Shown one piece after another: positions 1 to 10,714 of a stretch of 64,000 nucleotides of DNA; position 1 is the stretch's first letter, and each line of letters opens with the position of its first letter. The stretch lies in contig CBDCVK010000010.1 of assembly GCA_965223005.1 (NCBI GenBank), positions 1,056,001-1,120,000 on the forward strand, in the 5' to 3' direction. The translations under genes and the position numbers were made by a program. A model generated the notes under the pieces. That model was not told the DNA's origin. It did not search any database and saw only the letters and a program-made list of their open reading frames with translations. This DNA is from Terriglobia bacterium. Its GTDB lineage: Bacteria; Acidobacteriota; Terriglobia; JAJPHL01; JAPKYU01.

Positions 1-373
1 TCTTCTCGATCCGCTCCAGGTCCTGCTCGGTGAAGCGCTCGGAACGCTGGAAATCATAGAAGAATCCGGTGTCGGTGGGCGGGCCGATGCCCAGTTTGGT
101 TTCCGGGAACAATTCCAGCACGGCGGCGGCCAGCAGGTGGGCGCTCGAATGGCGGTAGACTTCCAGTGCCTCTGGGTCTTTCTCGGTCAGGATTCGAAGC
201 CGGGTATCCTGCTCCAGCGGGCGCTTCAGCTCTACCAGATTCCCGTTGACCTGGGCCACCAGCGCGGCCTGAGCCAGCCGTGGGCCCAGCGAGCGGGCTA
301 CCTCCAGAGGGGTAGTGCCCTTTTCGCAATCCTGCCCACTGCCGTCGGGGAGAGTAACCTTGATCGTCGCCAT
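1..373 (-). CDS. thrS: Threonyl-tRNA synthetase, N-terminal part (runs off the window edge)
   Basis: Manual translation from ATG at 373: [12 protein letters not shown]...[40 protein letters not shown], i.e. TGS plus editing domain with HxxxH. Not in the ORF track. Confidence 0.93.
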   Translation of the reverse strand, partial: MATIKVTLPDGSGQDCEKGTTPLEVARSLGPRLAQAALVAQVNGNLVELKRPLEQDTRLRILTEKDPEALEVYRHSSAHLLAAAVLELFPETKLGIGPPTDTGFFYDFQRSERFTEQDLERIEK

Positions 374-516
374 GTCCGATTCGTCTGAATGCGCGTAAGC
401 CCCTTAAGGTATCAAAGATCGCCTGGCATGCGAAGTAGGAGGCACCCGCCGCCGGCGCTTCCGATCGGCATTGGCCAGGTATGATATAAGCTCCACGTTG
501 CCGGCCTGAGCGTTCT

Positions 517-2073
517 ATGTTTCGGAAAGTGTTGATTGCTAATCGTGGCGAGATCGCGGTGCGCATCCTCCGCGCCTGCCGGGAGATGGGTATCGCAACC
601 GTAGCCGTCTACTCGGAAGTGGACCGCGCGTCGCTTCACGTGCTGCGCGCCGACGAGGCCTACTCCATCGGCCCGGCGGCGGCCCCGGAAAGCTATCTGC
701 GAATTGACCGCATCCTGGAGGTAGCCAAGCGGTCCGGCGCCGAGGCCGTCCATCCCGGCTACGGGTTCCTGGCCGAGAATCCGGAGCTGGCGCGAGCTTG
801 CGAAGCGAGCGACATCGCGCTGGTTGGCCCTAGCTCGGCGGCCATGGATCTGATGGGCTCCAAGACGCGCTCCCGCCAAGCGATGAAGGCCGCTGGCGTC
901 CCGGTGGTGCCCGGCACCCACTCGAGCGTGGAATCCACCGAGCAGGCGGCGTCCGTGGCTGCTGAGCTGGGCTACCCGGTGATGGTGAAAGCGGCGGGCG
1001 GCGGCGGCGGCAAGGGCATGCGTCTGGTTCAAGACGCTGCCGGATTGCCCGCGGCCTTCCGTGATGCGCGCTCGGAAGCGTTGAACGCCTTCAATGATGC
1101 GGAAGTGTACCTGGAGAAGTACCTGGAACGGCCGCGCCACATTGAAATTCAGGTGCTGGGCGACCTGCACAGCAATCTCGTGTATTTGGGCGAGCGCGAG
1201 TGCTCCATCCAGCGCCGCCACCAGAAGCTGGTGGAGGAATCCCCTTCCCCGCTCGTGGACGAGCCGCTGCGCAGGCGAATGGGGGAAGCGGCAGTCCGGG
1301 CGGCGCGTGCCGCCGACTACTGGAACGCCGGCACGGTGGAATTCCTGGTGGACCGCAATCGCAATTTTTATTTTCTTGAGATGAACACCCGGCTCCAGGT
1401 GGAGCACCCGGTCACAGAGATGGTTACCGGACTGGACCTGGTGAAGCTGCAACTGGCGGTAGCGGCCGGCGAGCCGCTCCCGTTTACCCAGAAACAGGTG
1501 CTGGCCGGACGGCATGGCGCGGCGCTCGAATGCCGGATTTACGCCGAAGACCCCGACAATCAGTTCTTTCCTTCTCCCGGCATGATCACCGAGCTGGTCG
1601 CTCCGGGCGGGCCGGGGGTGCGCGAGGATAGCGGCGTCTACCCCGGCTGGACGGTACCGGTCGAGTACGACTCACTCATCGCCAAGCTCATCACCTGGGG
1701 CCGTGACCGCGGTGAAGCCATCCAGCGCATGCGCCGCGCCCTGGACGAATATTTCATCGCGGGCATCAAGACCACCATTCCGTTTTTCAAGCGCCTGCTG
1801 GAAAATCGGGAGTTCGTGGCTGGCGAGTTGGATACCGGCCTGCTGGACCGGCTGCAGGCGGCCGCGCCGACCTCCGATCCAGGCAGGACTGCGGACCTTG
1901 CCGATATCGCCCTGATCGGTGCCGCGCTCTATGCCGCCGGGCGCAACAGTCGCGGGAATGGGCAAGGGCAAGGGAATACGTCACAGCGGGATTCGGGGTC
2001 GCGGACGAGCGCCTGGAGGCAACAAGGCCGACATGAGCTCATGCGCATCCCGGTTTTCAGATCGCGCAAGTAA
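517..2073 (+). CDS. accC: Acetyl/propionyl-CoA carboxylase biotin carboxylase subunit
   Basis: KVLIANRGEIA, HPGYGFLAEN, GGGGKGMR, ECSIQRRHQK, EMNTRLQVEHPVTE motifs. Confidence 0.93.
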   Translation: MFRKVLIANRGEIAVRILRACREMGIATVAVYSEVDRASLHVLRADEAYSIGPAAAPESYLRIDRILEVAKRSGAEAVHPGYGFLAENPELARACEASDIALVGPSSAAMDLMGSKTRSRQAMKAAGVPVVPGTHSSVESTEQAASVAAELGYPVMVKAAGGGGGKGMRLVQDAAGLPAAFRDARSEALNAFNDAEVYLEKYLERPRHIEIQVLGDLHSNLVYLGERECSIQRRHQKLVEESPSPLVDEPLRRRMGEAAVRAARAADYWNAGTVEFLVDRNRNFYFLEMNTRLQVEHPVTEMVTGLDLVKLQLAVAAGEPLPFTQKQVLAGRHGAALECRIYAEDPDNQFFPSPGMITELVAPGGPGVREDSGVYPGWTVPVEYDSLIAKLITWGRDRGEAIQRMRRALDEYFIAGIKTTIPFFKRLLENREFVAGELDTGLLDRLQAAAPTSDPGRTADLADIALIGAALYAAGRNSRGNGQGQGNTSQRDSGSRTSAWRQQGRHELMRIPVFRSRK

Positions 2074-2096
2074 AGCTCCGTCGTCGGTTTCTCTCT

Positions 2097-2858
2097 ATGG
2101 CTCCTGAAAGTTCTTCTCTGAAGGGGCGGGTGGCGGTGGTGACCGGAGCCAGCCGCGGGCTGGGCAAAGCTATGGCTGCAGCGCTGGCCGAAGCCAACGC
2201 CTCGGTGGTGCTGGTCAGCCGAGACCTCCAGACGCTGGAAAGAGTGGCGGGCGAACTGGCCGGCGGCGCGCGCCACCTCTGCTGCGCGGCCGACGTCGGG
2301 GACCCGGCCGGTGTGGACACGCTGGCCTCCCGCGTGCTGAACGAATTTGGCCGCGCCGACATCTTGATTAACAACGCCGGGACCGTTAGTCGCAAGACGC
2401 TCGAAGAATCTCCTTTCGAGGAGTGGCGGTCGGTCATCACCACAAACCTGTTCGGCCCCATGCTTTGCTCGAAAGCCTTCCTGGCGCCAATGGTCCGGCA
2501 GTCTTATGGGCGCATCCTGAACATTGCCTCCATCATGGCTCACATCGCAATGCCTGGACGCACCGCCTACTGCGCCAGTAAAGGTGGGTTGGTGGCGATG
2601 GCGCGGTCGCTCGCTCTTGAGTTAGCCCCACACGGCATCACCGTGAACAGCATCAGCCCAGGCCCGTTTGTCACTGAAATGACCCAGCCGCTGCGGGAGG
2701 ACGCAGTTAAGAACCAGGAGTTTGTCAGCAAGATTCCGCTGGGGCGCTGGGGCCGGGGAGGCGACATCGGCCCTCTAGTCGTGTACATGGCCTCCGAGGC
2801 CTCCGGCTTCATCACCGGCACCGACATCGTGATTGACGGCGGCTGGACAGCTAACTAG
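2097..2858 (+). CDS. Short-chain dehydrogenase/reductase (SDR)
   Basis: TGASRGLG, NNAG, YCASK, DGGW. Confidence 0.9.
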   Translation: MAPESSSLKGRVAVVTGASRGLGKAMAAALAEANASVVLVSRDLQTLERVAGELAGGARHLCCAADVGDPAGVDTLASRVLNEFGRADILINNAGTVSRKTLEESPFEEWRSVITTNLFGPMLCSKAFLAPMVRQSYGRILNIASIMAHIAMPGRTAYCASKGGLVAMARSLALELAPHGITVNSISPGPFVTEMTQPLREDAVKNQEFVSKIPLGRWGRGGDIGPLVVYMASEASGFITGTDIVIDGGWTAN

Positions 2859-2963
2859 CGGCCCGCTCATAGCTTGCAGTCACCCGCGCGGAACGCCTGC
2901 TGGAGAGCTACGAGCCACAAGCTGCCGCCCACGGCGTGCAAGCTACGAACCACAGGCCACAAG

Positions 2964-4118
2964 CTACGGGCTAAACTGCGCGGAAGTCTTGGCTGGAGGT
3001 GCTGCGGGAAGGCTGCTGCCAGGAAAATAATAGCCCGGGCGGGTGCGCACCTTAACTTCAGGCCGATCCACGACCACCCTGATGCGGTGAAAGCCGGCCT
3101 GGTTGAGATTGTTCGGGCGGTAGGTAATCAGGTACTGGCTGCGCAGTTCTCGAGAAATCTCGCTCACCGCTCGCTCCACCGCACGACTGGAGAACCCGTC
3201 CAGGAGCACCGCGCCAGTCGATTTGGCAAATGCTTCCAACGGGTGATCCCAGAAGATGTTCTTCACGCCATGGAAGGCTTCCACCAGCAGGTTGCCAATG
3301 TTGACGGTGGGGCCGGTCGCCAGTTCCATAGAGGGCGTCGGCGGGATCCCGGGAATGGTGCCGGTGGCCCCTGGCGGGAAGCGCGAGGGAGGAGGTGGGG
3401 GTGGTTTCCGGGTCAATTGGGCGCGGACCGTGCTGAGTCCCACAGCATAAATAGAGATATTGGCCCGTTGTGCCTCCTGCATCACGAACCCTAAGTTCGC
3501 CTCACTGCCCATGTCGCGGCTTTCCGCAATAGCCAGAACCACTTTGCGCCGTCCCAGGGGACGAGTGCTGAGCATGGACAGGGCACGAACCATCGCATCG
3601 GTCAGCCGCGACTGCGAGCTGCCCGGCTTCAGATCCTTGAACACTTTCTCCACCCGTTCCGGGTCGCGAGTAAAGTTCTGAACCACCTCTACCCGGTGAT
3701 CAAACCTAATCAGGGCGGCCTCGTCATTTTCTCCGAGCAGCAGATTGGTGAACAGCGGTGCCGCCTTCTTCACCTGGGGAAGCAAAGGTTCCACCCGGGA
3801 GCTAACGCTAAGCAGGATGGCCACTGAAAGCGGCATCTCGGTCAACTGCACTTTGATCTGCTGGCGAATCGTGTTGTCGAACAGCAGAAAGTCTTCCGGC
3901 CTCAGGTTCAGTACGAATTCGTCGTACCCGTCGGTGACGGTGACCGGAGCCATTACCTCGGTTACTCCGACGCGGAAGGTGGGGATCCGCTGTTGGCTGT
4001 CTGGTGGTGGCGCCGCGGTTGGCGGCTTCGCTTCTGTGGGCGGTGTTTGCGCCGCAGCCGCCGCAGCCAATGCTACGCAGAGGCACAGCAGGGAGGGTAG
4101 CCGCCAGAAGCACTTCAT
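2964..4118 (-). CDS. Acidobacterial VWA-domain protein with signal peptide
   Basis: Signal peptide; TFRVGVTEVMAPVTVTD and ELRSQYLITYRP...VRTRPGYY are typical of the acidobacterial VWFA-related family; start chosen at MKCF. Confidence 0.85.
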   Translation of the reverse strand: MKCFWRLPSLLCLCVALAAAAAAQTPPTEAKPPTAAPPPDSQQRIPTFRVGVTEVMAPVTVTDGYDEFVLNLRPEDFLLFDNTIRQQIKVQLTEMPLSVAILLSVSSRVEPLLPQVKKAAPLFTNLLLGENDEAALIRFDHRVEVVQNFTRDPERVEKVFKDLKPGSSQSRLTDAMVRALSMLSTRPLGRRKVVLAIAESRDMGSEANLGFVMQEAQRANISIYAVGLSTVRAQLTRKPPPPPPSRFPPGATGTIPGIPPTPSMELATGPTVNIGNLLVEAFHGVKNIFWDHPLEAFAKSTGAVLLDGFSSRAVERAVSEISRELRSQYLITYRPNNLNQAGFHRIRVVVDRPEVKVRTRPGYYFPGSSLPAAPPAKTSAQFSP

Positions 4119-4391
4119 CCCGACTATTCTACATTCATTTCGAGTGGGGTGCACCTAGTTGCGGTGGGATTGATCGGCCAGGCGGGGGCGTCGCCGGCCC
4201 TGGGAGCTCATTGCGCTGCCTCTGCGCCAGCTGCGACAGGGATTTTTCCTGCTTGAAACGTCAGGACGAGCGCTTAGACTATACTCCCTTTGCCGGCGTG
4301 CCTGCGGGCAGCTTCCAGCCGCGCAGGGCACGCCAGGGGCTTCTGATCGTCGCGCAAAGCGAATGCAAATCCCGGAAAAGGAGAGCGAACC

Positions 4392-5786
4392 ATGGCACTC
4401 TTGAAACCTGACCCAACGTTTTACCCTTCCCCCAAGATGGCGATGCAGGCGCCAGCTGAAAAGCTGGCCTATCTGGCCCTGCTCAATCCGAAGCACAAAG
4501 GCCAGCACGACGCTATCGCGGTGGTGGATGTCGACCCTAAATCATCTAGCTATAGTCAGGTAGTTGGCCAGGTGGAGATGCCCAAAGCAGGCGATGAGCT
4601 TCACCACTTCGGCTGGAACGCCTGCAGCGCCTGCCTGTCCCCCTACGCGCCGCATGCCCATCTGGAACGGCGCTACCTCGTCGTTCCGGGCCTTCGCTCC
4701 TCCCGGATTCACGTCATTGACACGAAGCCTAACCCCCGGAAGCCGAAGATCGTCAAAGTGATTGAGCCGGAGACATTGGCGAAGCGCACGGGCTACAGCC
4801 GGCCGCACACGGTTCACTGTGGTCCGTGGGGTATCTACGTCAGCGCGCTCGGCTCACCGACCGGCGAAGGGCCCGGCGGTGTCTTCATGATGGACCAGGA
4901 CAACTTCGAGGTGCTGGGAAAGTGGGAGTTGGACCGTGGCCCCCAGTACCTGGCCTATGATTTCTGGTGGCATCTGGGCTACGACGCCATGGTCACCAGT
5001 GAGTGGGGCACGCCGAACATGATCGAACAGGGTGTGAACCCAGAGATCTTGCTCAAAGGTGGTTATGGCCACAAGCTCCACATCTTTGACTTAAACAAGC
5101 GGCGTCATCTGCAGGAGCTGGATTTGGGCGCCGAGTATCAGATGGCCTTGGAGCTTCGACCGGCCCACGACCCCACCAAAGCTTACGGTTTTCTGGGCGT
5201 GGTGGTCTCGCTCAAGGATCTTTCAGCGTCAATCTGGTTGTGGAACCTGGAGAACGGCAATTGGGGCGTGCGCAAGGTCATCGAGATCCCGGCCGAGCCA
5301 GCCGATCCGGACAAGCTGCCGCCGATGCTGAAAGACTTCAAGGCGGTGCCGCCGTTGGTGACCGACATCGATCTCTCTCTGGACGATCGCTTTCTCTACG
5401 TTTCCTGCTGGGGGACGGGTGAGTTCATCCAGTACGACGTGACGGATCCGTTCAACCCCAAGAAGACCGGCTCGGTGCATCTGGGTGGCATCGTGCGGCA
5501 CGCAGCGCACCCCAAGAAGCCCAAGCAGGCGCTGAATGGCGGGCCGCAGATGGTCGAAGTGAGTCGCGATGGCCGGCGGATCTACTTCACCAACTCTCTC
5601 TATGCTTCATGGGACGAGCAGTTCTATCCGGAAGGCATCCGAAGCTGGATGGTGAAGCTGAATGCCAAGCCGGAGGGTGGCATGGAGATTGACCCGCGCT
5701 TCTTCCTGGAGTTCAAGGAGTTGCGCAGCCATCAGGTCCGCCTGGAAGGCGGCGACGCTTCCTCGGACTCTTACTGCTACCCATGA
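4392..5786 (+). CDS. Selenium-binding protein SBP56 / methanethiol oxidase family
   Basis: DELHHFGWNACSAC, PHTVHC, YDFWW, GGPQMVEVSRDGRRIYFTNSLY, GGDASSD. Confidence 0.92.
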   Translation: MALLKPDPTFYPSPKMAMQAPAEKLAYLALLNPKHKGQHDAIAVVDVDPKSSSYSQVVGQVEMPKAGDELHHFGWNACSACLSPYAPHAHLERRYLVVPGLRSSRIHVIDTKPNPRKPKIVKVIEPETLAKRTGYSRPHTVHCGPWGIYVSALGSPTGEGPGGVFMMDQDNFEVLGKWELDRGPQYLAYDFWWHLGYDAMVTSEWGTPNMIEQGVNPEILLKGGYGHKLHIFDLNKRRHLQELDLGAEYQMALELRPAHDPTKAYGFLGVVVSLKDLSASIWLWNLENGNWGVRKVIEIPAEPADPDKLPPMLKDFKAVPPLVTDIDLSLDDRFLYVSCWGTGEFIQYDVTDPFNPKKTGSVHLGGIVRHAAHPKKPKQALNGGPQMVEVSRDGRRIYFTNSLYASWDEQFYPEGIRSWMVKLNAKPEGGMEIDPRFFLEFKELRSHQVRLEGGDASSDSYCYP

Positions 5787-6436
5787 GCGAGGGGGCGTCG
5801 TGGGCCTGGCCCGCCTTGCTCCTGTTGGGCGCCTACCACGGCATTAATCCGGGCATGGGCTGGCTGTTCGCCGTCGCACTCGGGATGCAGGAGAAGAGCC
5901 GTGGAGCCGTCTGGCGGGCTTTGCCCCCCATTGCCCTGGGTCACGGTGTGGCGATCGGTCTGGTGCTGCTGGTCGCCGGGCTGGTCCAGGTGGTCGTGCC
6001 GCTGGCTTACCTGAAAATTCCAGTCGCCCTGCTCTTGTTTGCTTTCGGCCTGTATCGCTTTTTGCGCGGTCGTCACCCCCGGTGGGGCGGAATGCAGGTC
6101 GGGTTCCGCGACCTCACCATCTGGTCCTTTCTGATGGCCTCGGCTCACGGCGCCGGCTTCATGGTGCTGCCGGTTCTGCTCGCGATGCCTTCCGGAGAGG
6201 CCGCCGGACACTCCCTCGGGGGCCATCATCTCGGGGCGAGCGCCTTCCAGGGACCGTTGACAAGCCTGCTGGCGACGCTGGTTCACACCCTGGGCTATTT
6301 GCTTGTCACAGGACTGGTGGCCTGGCTGGTCTATGAGAAGCTCGGGCTGGCTCTGTTGCGGAAAGCCTGGCTGAATCTCGACCTGATATGGGCCTTCTCA
6401 CTGATGGCGACCGGCTGCCTGACACTGTTGATCTAG
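5783..6436 (+). CDS. Integral membrane protein coupled to the SBP56 gene
   Basis: 4-bp overlap (ATGA); about six hydrophobic segments; GAYHGINPGMGWLFAVA, ASAHGAG. Confidence 0.8.
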   Translation: MSEGASWAWPALLLLGAYHGINPGMGWLFAVALGMQEKSRGAVWRALPPIALGHGVAIGLVLLVAGLVQVVVPLAYLKIPVALLLFAFGLYRFLRGRHPRWGGMQVGFRDLTIWSFLMASAHGAGFMVLPVLLAMPSGEAAGHSLGGHHLGASAFQGPLTSLLATLVHTLGYLLVTGLVAWLVYEKLGLALLRKAWLNLDLIWAFSLMATGCLTLLI

Positions 6437-6470
6437 CAGGGTGCTTCATCCAACTGCATCCAGCAAACTG

Positions 6471-6848
6471 CTAGTCGAGGATTGCCGTGCCCCAGGGGTT
6501 GTCGATCACCAATCGCCACGTCCCATCCGGTTGCCGTCGTGCAACGTCGGAGCTCGTCCCCGTCATGGTCAAGGGTTTGCCGTCCGGCCCGGTACCGTTC
6601 AGGGTCCACTTGACCAGTGACAGCGCGAGGTCACCGGCCGTGATCATTTCGCTTTTCTCCTGCGTCAACTTTGGCTTCATTCCCAGGAAGGCGCCCAGTG
6701 CCTCGCGCAGGGCGGCCATGCCGTGCGCCGTCTTGCCAGGCTCGGCGACAAGCGCGGCATTGGGCTCGTAGAGGGCCAACGTGGCATCGAGATCGCCCGC
6801 GTTGAAGGCGCGAAAGAATGCGTCGAGCAATGCTTGTGGAGTTGTCAC
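6471..6848 (-). CDS. SnoaL-like/YybH (NTF2-fold) protein
   Basis: FNAGDLDATLALYEPNA...DVARRQPDGTWRLVIDNPWG; GTG start after a GAGGAGG RBS. Confidence 0.85.
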   Translation of the reverse strand: MTTPQALLDAFFRAFNAGDLDATLALYEPNAALVAEPGKTAHGMAALREALGAFLGMKPKLTQEKSEMITAGDLALSLVKWTLNGTGPDGKPLTMTGTSSDVARRQPDGTWRLVIDNPWGTAILD

Positions 6849-6884
6849 TGACAGGCTTTCCTCCTCATCGTGTTTGTTAGGCAG

Positions 6885-6977
6885 TGGCGGTGAGGGAGGG
6901 ATTCGAACCCCCGGTCCCGGGGCTACCAGGACAGCCGCTTTCGAGGCGGCCCGATTAAACCACTCTCGCACCTCACC
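6885..6977 (-). tRNA. tRNA-Ser(CGA)
   Basis: Acceptor stem GGTGAGG/CCTCACC, discriminator G plus CCA, anticodon loop CT-CGA-AA, long variable arm, GTTCGAATC T-loop. Confidence 0.95.
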
Positions 6978-7002
6978 GCAAGGCGGGAACGGGCAGTCCG
7001 GT

Positions 7003-7461
7003 TCAGGAAAGGCGTTTCTGCTGAAAAAAGCTGCGGATCAACTCCGCGCATTCAGCGCTAAGAACCCCACCGGCGACCTCCACCCGGTGGTTCAGTCGGG
7101 TATCATCGGCCACCTGGTAGAGCGACCGAACCGCCCCGGCCTTGGGGTCGTCGCAGCCGTACACCAACCGTGCCAAGCGCGCCTGCACGGCCGCCCCGGC
7201 GCACATAACACACGGTTCGATTGTAACATACAGCGTACATAGGGGCAGGCGGTGGTTGCCCAGCCGCCGAGCGGCTTCGCGCAGTGCCAGGATTTCGGCG
7301 TGCGCCGTGGGATCGCGATCGGTGATGTTGCGGTTGTGGCCGCGTCCCACCACCTGGTTTTCCGAGACCACCACCGCTCCGACCGGGACCTCTCCTTCCC
7401 GCAGGGCGGCTTCGGCTTCCTCCAGCGCCAGGCGCATGAATTGCTCATCCACAGCTGCCAC
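7003..7461 (-). CDS. tadA: tRNA adenosine(34) deaminase
   Basis: GEVPVGAV, DPTAHAE, EPCVMCAGA, LNHRVEV. Confidence 0.93.
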   Translation of the reverse strand: MAAVDEQFMRLALEEAEAALREGEVPVGAVVVSENQVVGRGHNRNITDRDPTAHAEILALREAARRLGNHRLPLCTLYVTIEPCVMCAGAAVQARLARLVYGCDDPKAGAVRSLYQVADDTRLNHRVEVAGGVLSAECAELIRSFFQQKRLS

Positions 7462-7506
7462 TCCAGGATTCTAGCGCGGCGGCCGCAGACATGGCGGGGA
7501 AAAGCG

Positions 7507-7532
7507 GGCCCCTCGCTGCGCTCGGGATGACA
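7507..7532. repeat. REP-like short intergenic element
   Basis: CCCTCGCTGCGCTCGGGATGACA resembles the common TCGCT..GCTC.GGATGAC palindromic repeat; single copy here. Confidence 0.4.
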
Positions 7533-7553
7533 AAGGGAGCGGTGGGGGGAGCC

Positions 7554-8952
7554 TCAGAGGCGGTATTTCTTGGCGTAGTGGCGGAAGGAGCGGTAGCTCA
7601 TGTGGAGCAGTTCAGCGGCGCGCGTGCGAACGCCACCGGCGCGCTCGATCGCCGCTTCAATGTAACGGCGCTCCAGTTGGGTGATGTGCTGTTCCAGGTC
7701 CAGACCTGCATCAGGCAGAGAAGGCAGCGGGGAGGGGACGGCGGAGCCGTCGCCGCTGGCGGCGGCCGCCACCCCTTGCGGCGCGACCCCGGAGACGCGT
7801 TCGGGCAGCGTCCACACCGCAACCTCCTCGTGTTTCTCCAGGGCGACGGCACGCTCCAGGGCGTTTTCCAGTTCCCGCACATTGCCCGGCCAGTCGTACC
7901 GTTCCAGGCACTTCATGGCCGGCTCGTCAATCTTGTGGACCGGTTTGTTCATCGCCCGAGCAAACTTCTTCAGGAAGTGGACGGCCAGCAGGCGGATGTC
8001 CTCGCGGCGCTCTCGGAGCGGCGGCAACTCCACCGGGATGACACTGATGCGGTAGTAGAGGTCCTCACGAAAGGAGCCTTCCTGGACGCGTTGGTGAAGG
8101 TCCTTGTTGGTGGCCACGATCAGGCGCACGTCTATCGGCACCTCCTCGCTGGCCCCGATCGGACGCACCAGCCGCTCCTGCAACACACGCAGCAGCCTCA
8201 CTTGCATCGCCAGGCTCGTCTCGGCGATCTCGTCCAGAAACAGGGTGCCGGTGTCAGCGTACTCAAACAGCCCCTTCTTATTGGTGGTGGCTCCGGTGAA
8301 GGCGCCTTTGACGTAGCCGAACATCTCGCTCTCGAGCAGTGTTTCGGGGAAGGCGCCGCAGTTGACCGAGACAAACGGGCGGTCCCAGCGGCCGCTGGCG
8401 GCGTGAATGGCGCGGGCCACCAGTTCCTTGCCGGTGCCGCTCTCGCCGGTGATCAGGATGGTGCTGTTGGTGGGGGCGACGGTGGCCACCAACTCCTTTC
8501 AACGCCTTGATGGGCGGGCTCACCCCCAGCAGGCTGTCCAGGCTCTTGCGCAACTCGCGCTTGAGCGCACGATTTTCCTGCCGCAGGCTGCGATCCTCGA
8601 CTCCCCGGGCCACAGTGACCCGCACTTCGTCCACCAAGTTGGGAGTCTTGATGATGTAGCGGAAGGCGCCCAGGTTCAGGGCTTGCACTGCCGAATCCAC
8701 CGAGGCATAGGCGGTCACCAGGATGACCAGGGTCTCAGGCTGGGTCTCGCGGACGTGTTGCAGGACATCCAGGCCGCTGCCCTGCGGCAGTTTGATGTCG
8801 GTGATGACGATGTCGTATATGTTGGAGAGCAGTCGGCGATGCGCCATCTCCAGCGAGGTGACCGTTTCCACCCGGTGCCCCTGCTTGCGCAGGGCGATAT
8901 CCAGCATTTCGCAGATGGATTTCTCGTCATCCACCACCAGCAGGTGGGCCAT
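7554..8952 (-). pseudogene. PilR/NtrC-like sigma54-dependent response regulator, split by a +1 frameshift near 8498 (possibly a sequencing error)
   Basis: Receiver domain (8952-~8500) and AAA+ domain ([27 protein letters not shown]) are in different frames; removing one A from TTGAAAGGAGTTG restores [10 protein letters not shown]. Confidence 0.85.
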
Positions 8953-8955
8953 GGC

Positions 8956-10687
8956 TCACTCGGTTGCGGCGCTCCGCGTATGCGCGAACGGAATGGATCC
9001 GGGCTCGGAGGCACGAGGAAGGTTCGGTTTCCCCAGGGTCAGCGGAAGCTCCAGCTGGAACACCGAACCTCCTTCGGGTACCGATTCGACCCCGACCGTT
9101 CCCTGGTGCGCCGTGATGATTTCATACACAATCGCCAACCCCAGGCCGGTGCCATTGGTGAAGGCGGACTGGAACGGCTCGAAGATTTTTCCCGGAAGGG
9201 CCGGGCTCAGCCCGACACCGGTGTCGTGGAAGCGGATCACGCCATGCCCGTCGGCGCGGACCGTTTCCACCTTCAGCTTGCCGCCCTCGGGCATGGCCTT
9301 CAGCGCGTTGTCGCAGATATTCCAGAAGACCTGCTTGATGGCGTCGAGATCCACCTGGGCCACCAGCGGCTCGGCCACAAAGACGCGCTCGAAGCGGATG
9401 CGGCCCGCGTCGGGATGGTTCTCCAGCAGGACCAGTGTTTCTTCCAGCAGCCCATGCAGGTCAGCCGGGCGAAACTCATAGCGGCGTTCCCGGGAATAGC
9501 TCAGAAAATCGGAGACGATGCGATCCAGGCGCTGTGACTCCTTCACGACGATCCCCACCAGTCGCTGCTGTTCACTGGGGAGCGAGCCCAGGGTGGAAAA
9601 GACCTTGATGGAGCCGGCGATCGAGGTCAACGGGTTGCGAATCTCGTGGGCGATGGCGGAAGCCATGCGGCCCAGTGCCGCCATGCGCTCCTTCAGCCGG
9701 ACCTCTCGCTCCAACCGCTTCAGTTCGGTCAAGTCCTGAAAAAAGTAGACGTGCCCCTGCGAGGCATGTCCCTGTCCGCTGCTGTCAGGCCAGGTGAGCT
9801 CCGACACGCTCACGCGCAGGTATTTCTCCTGCCCGCCGGGAGTGAAGATCTCGACCTCCTGTGCCGGGGCATTCAGCGATAGGCGAGCGAATTCCGGCAG
9901 CACCTCCGCCAGCGGCCGACCCACGGCGGCAGCAGGCGAGCGCTCCAGGGTCAGCGCGGCGGCCCGGTTCAACAGCAGTACGCGTCCCCCCAGGCCGGTG
10001 GTCACCAGCCCGCCGGCCATGCTGTCAATCACGTTCTCGTTGAACGCCTGCAGGTTCTCCAGCTCGCCGCTGGCGGCCTGAAGCCGGGTGCCAGTCTTGC
10101 GCAGGTTCTCCACCAGACTGCTGGAAAGGTAGGCCATCGCCAGGAAGGCAAACAGGTTGGTAAAGATTCGCACCTGCAAGTCCTGCAGCTCCGGCGTCAT
10201 TTCTGAAAGCGCAAGGAGAAAATCCTTCAACTCGTTATACAAGGAGAGTTCCAGCGTGGCCCCGGCCAGAATGAAGCTGAGGCTGGCGACCAGGTACGTC
10301 CCCGCCCTCGACAGCGAGATAGCCGCCAGGATGATCACCAGCGGGTAGAGGAAAAAGTAGGGGCTGCCCACCCCCCCGCTGAAATGGATGACCGCCGTAA
10401 TCATGCAGATGTCGCAGATGATCTGCAGGTAGGACTGCATGGTGTAGTCGGTGGAGAGTTTCAGCAGCAAGCTGAAGAAGATGGTCAGCGCATACCAGAA
10501 CAGGACAGTGAAGACGAACCATCGGACCGGGATCTGAGCCTGGGTTAACTGCGCCACCGCCAGTTGGATGCATCTGAGCCTGGGTTAACTGCGCCACCGC
10601 CAGTTGGATGCCGAGCAGGAACGTAATAATGACGATCCGGACGCGGATCAGCCACAGCAACCACTGCCTCTGATTTAGCGCTTCCAT
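8956..10687 (-). pseudogene. PilS-like membrane sensor histidine kinase, frameshifted by a 40-bp tandem duplication
   Basis: TM region, PAS, AHEIRNPL H-box, N/G boxes (DTGVG, GTGLGL); the N-terminus MEALNQRQWL is out of frame. Confidence 0.85.
10532..10611. repeat. Perfect 40-bp tandem duplication
   Basis: ATCTGAGCCTGGGTTAACTGCGCCACCGCCAGTTGGATGC at 10532-10571 and 10572-10611. Confidence 0.95.
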
Positions 10688-10705
10688 CCCCGAGCGATCG
10701 CGGCC

Positions 10706-10714
10706 ATTATAGCA
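10706..10714 (-). promoter_or_regulatory. Extended -10 promoter of the pilS/pilR-like operon
   Basis: TGCTATAAT on the minus strand, about 20 bp upstream of ATG 10687. Confidence 0.55.

Noticed and set aside
2905-2972. Degenerate heptamer-like repeats (GCTACGA/GCCACAA)
   Set aside because: Low-complexity intergenic repeats between convergent genes; too irregular to support a feature.
4392-5786. Selenocysteine recoding in the selenium-binding protein
   Set aside because: No in-frame TGA; the family name does not imply selenocysteine.
6849-6971. N-terminal extension of the SnoaL-like ORF in the ORF track
   Set aside because: It is a translation of tRNA-Ser; a good RBS and GTG start lie at 6848.
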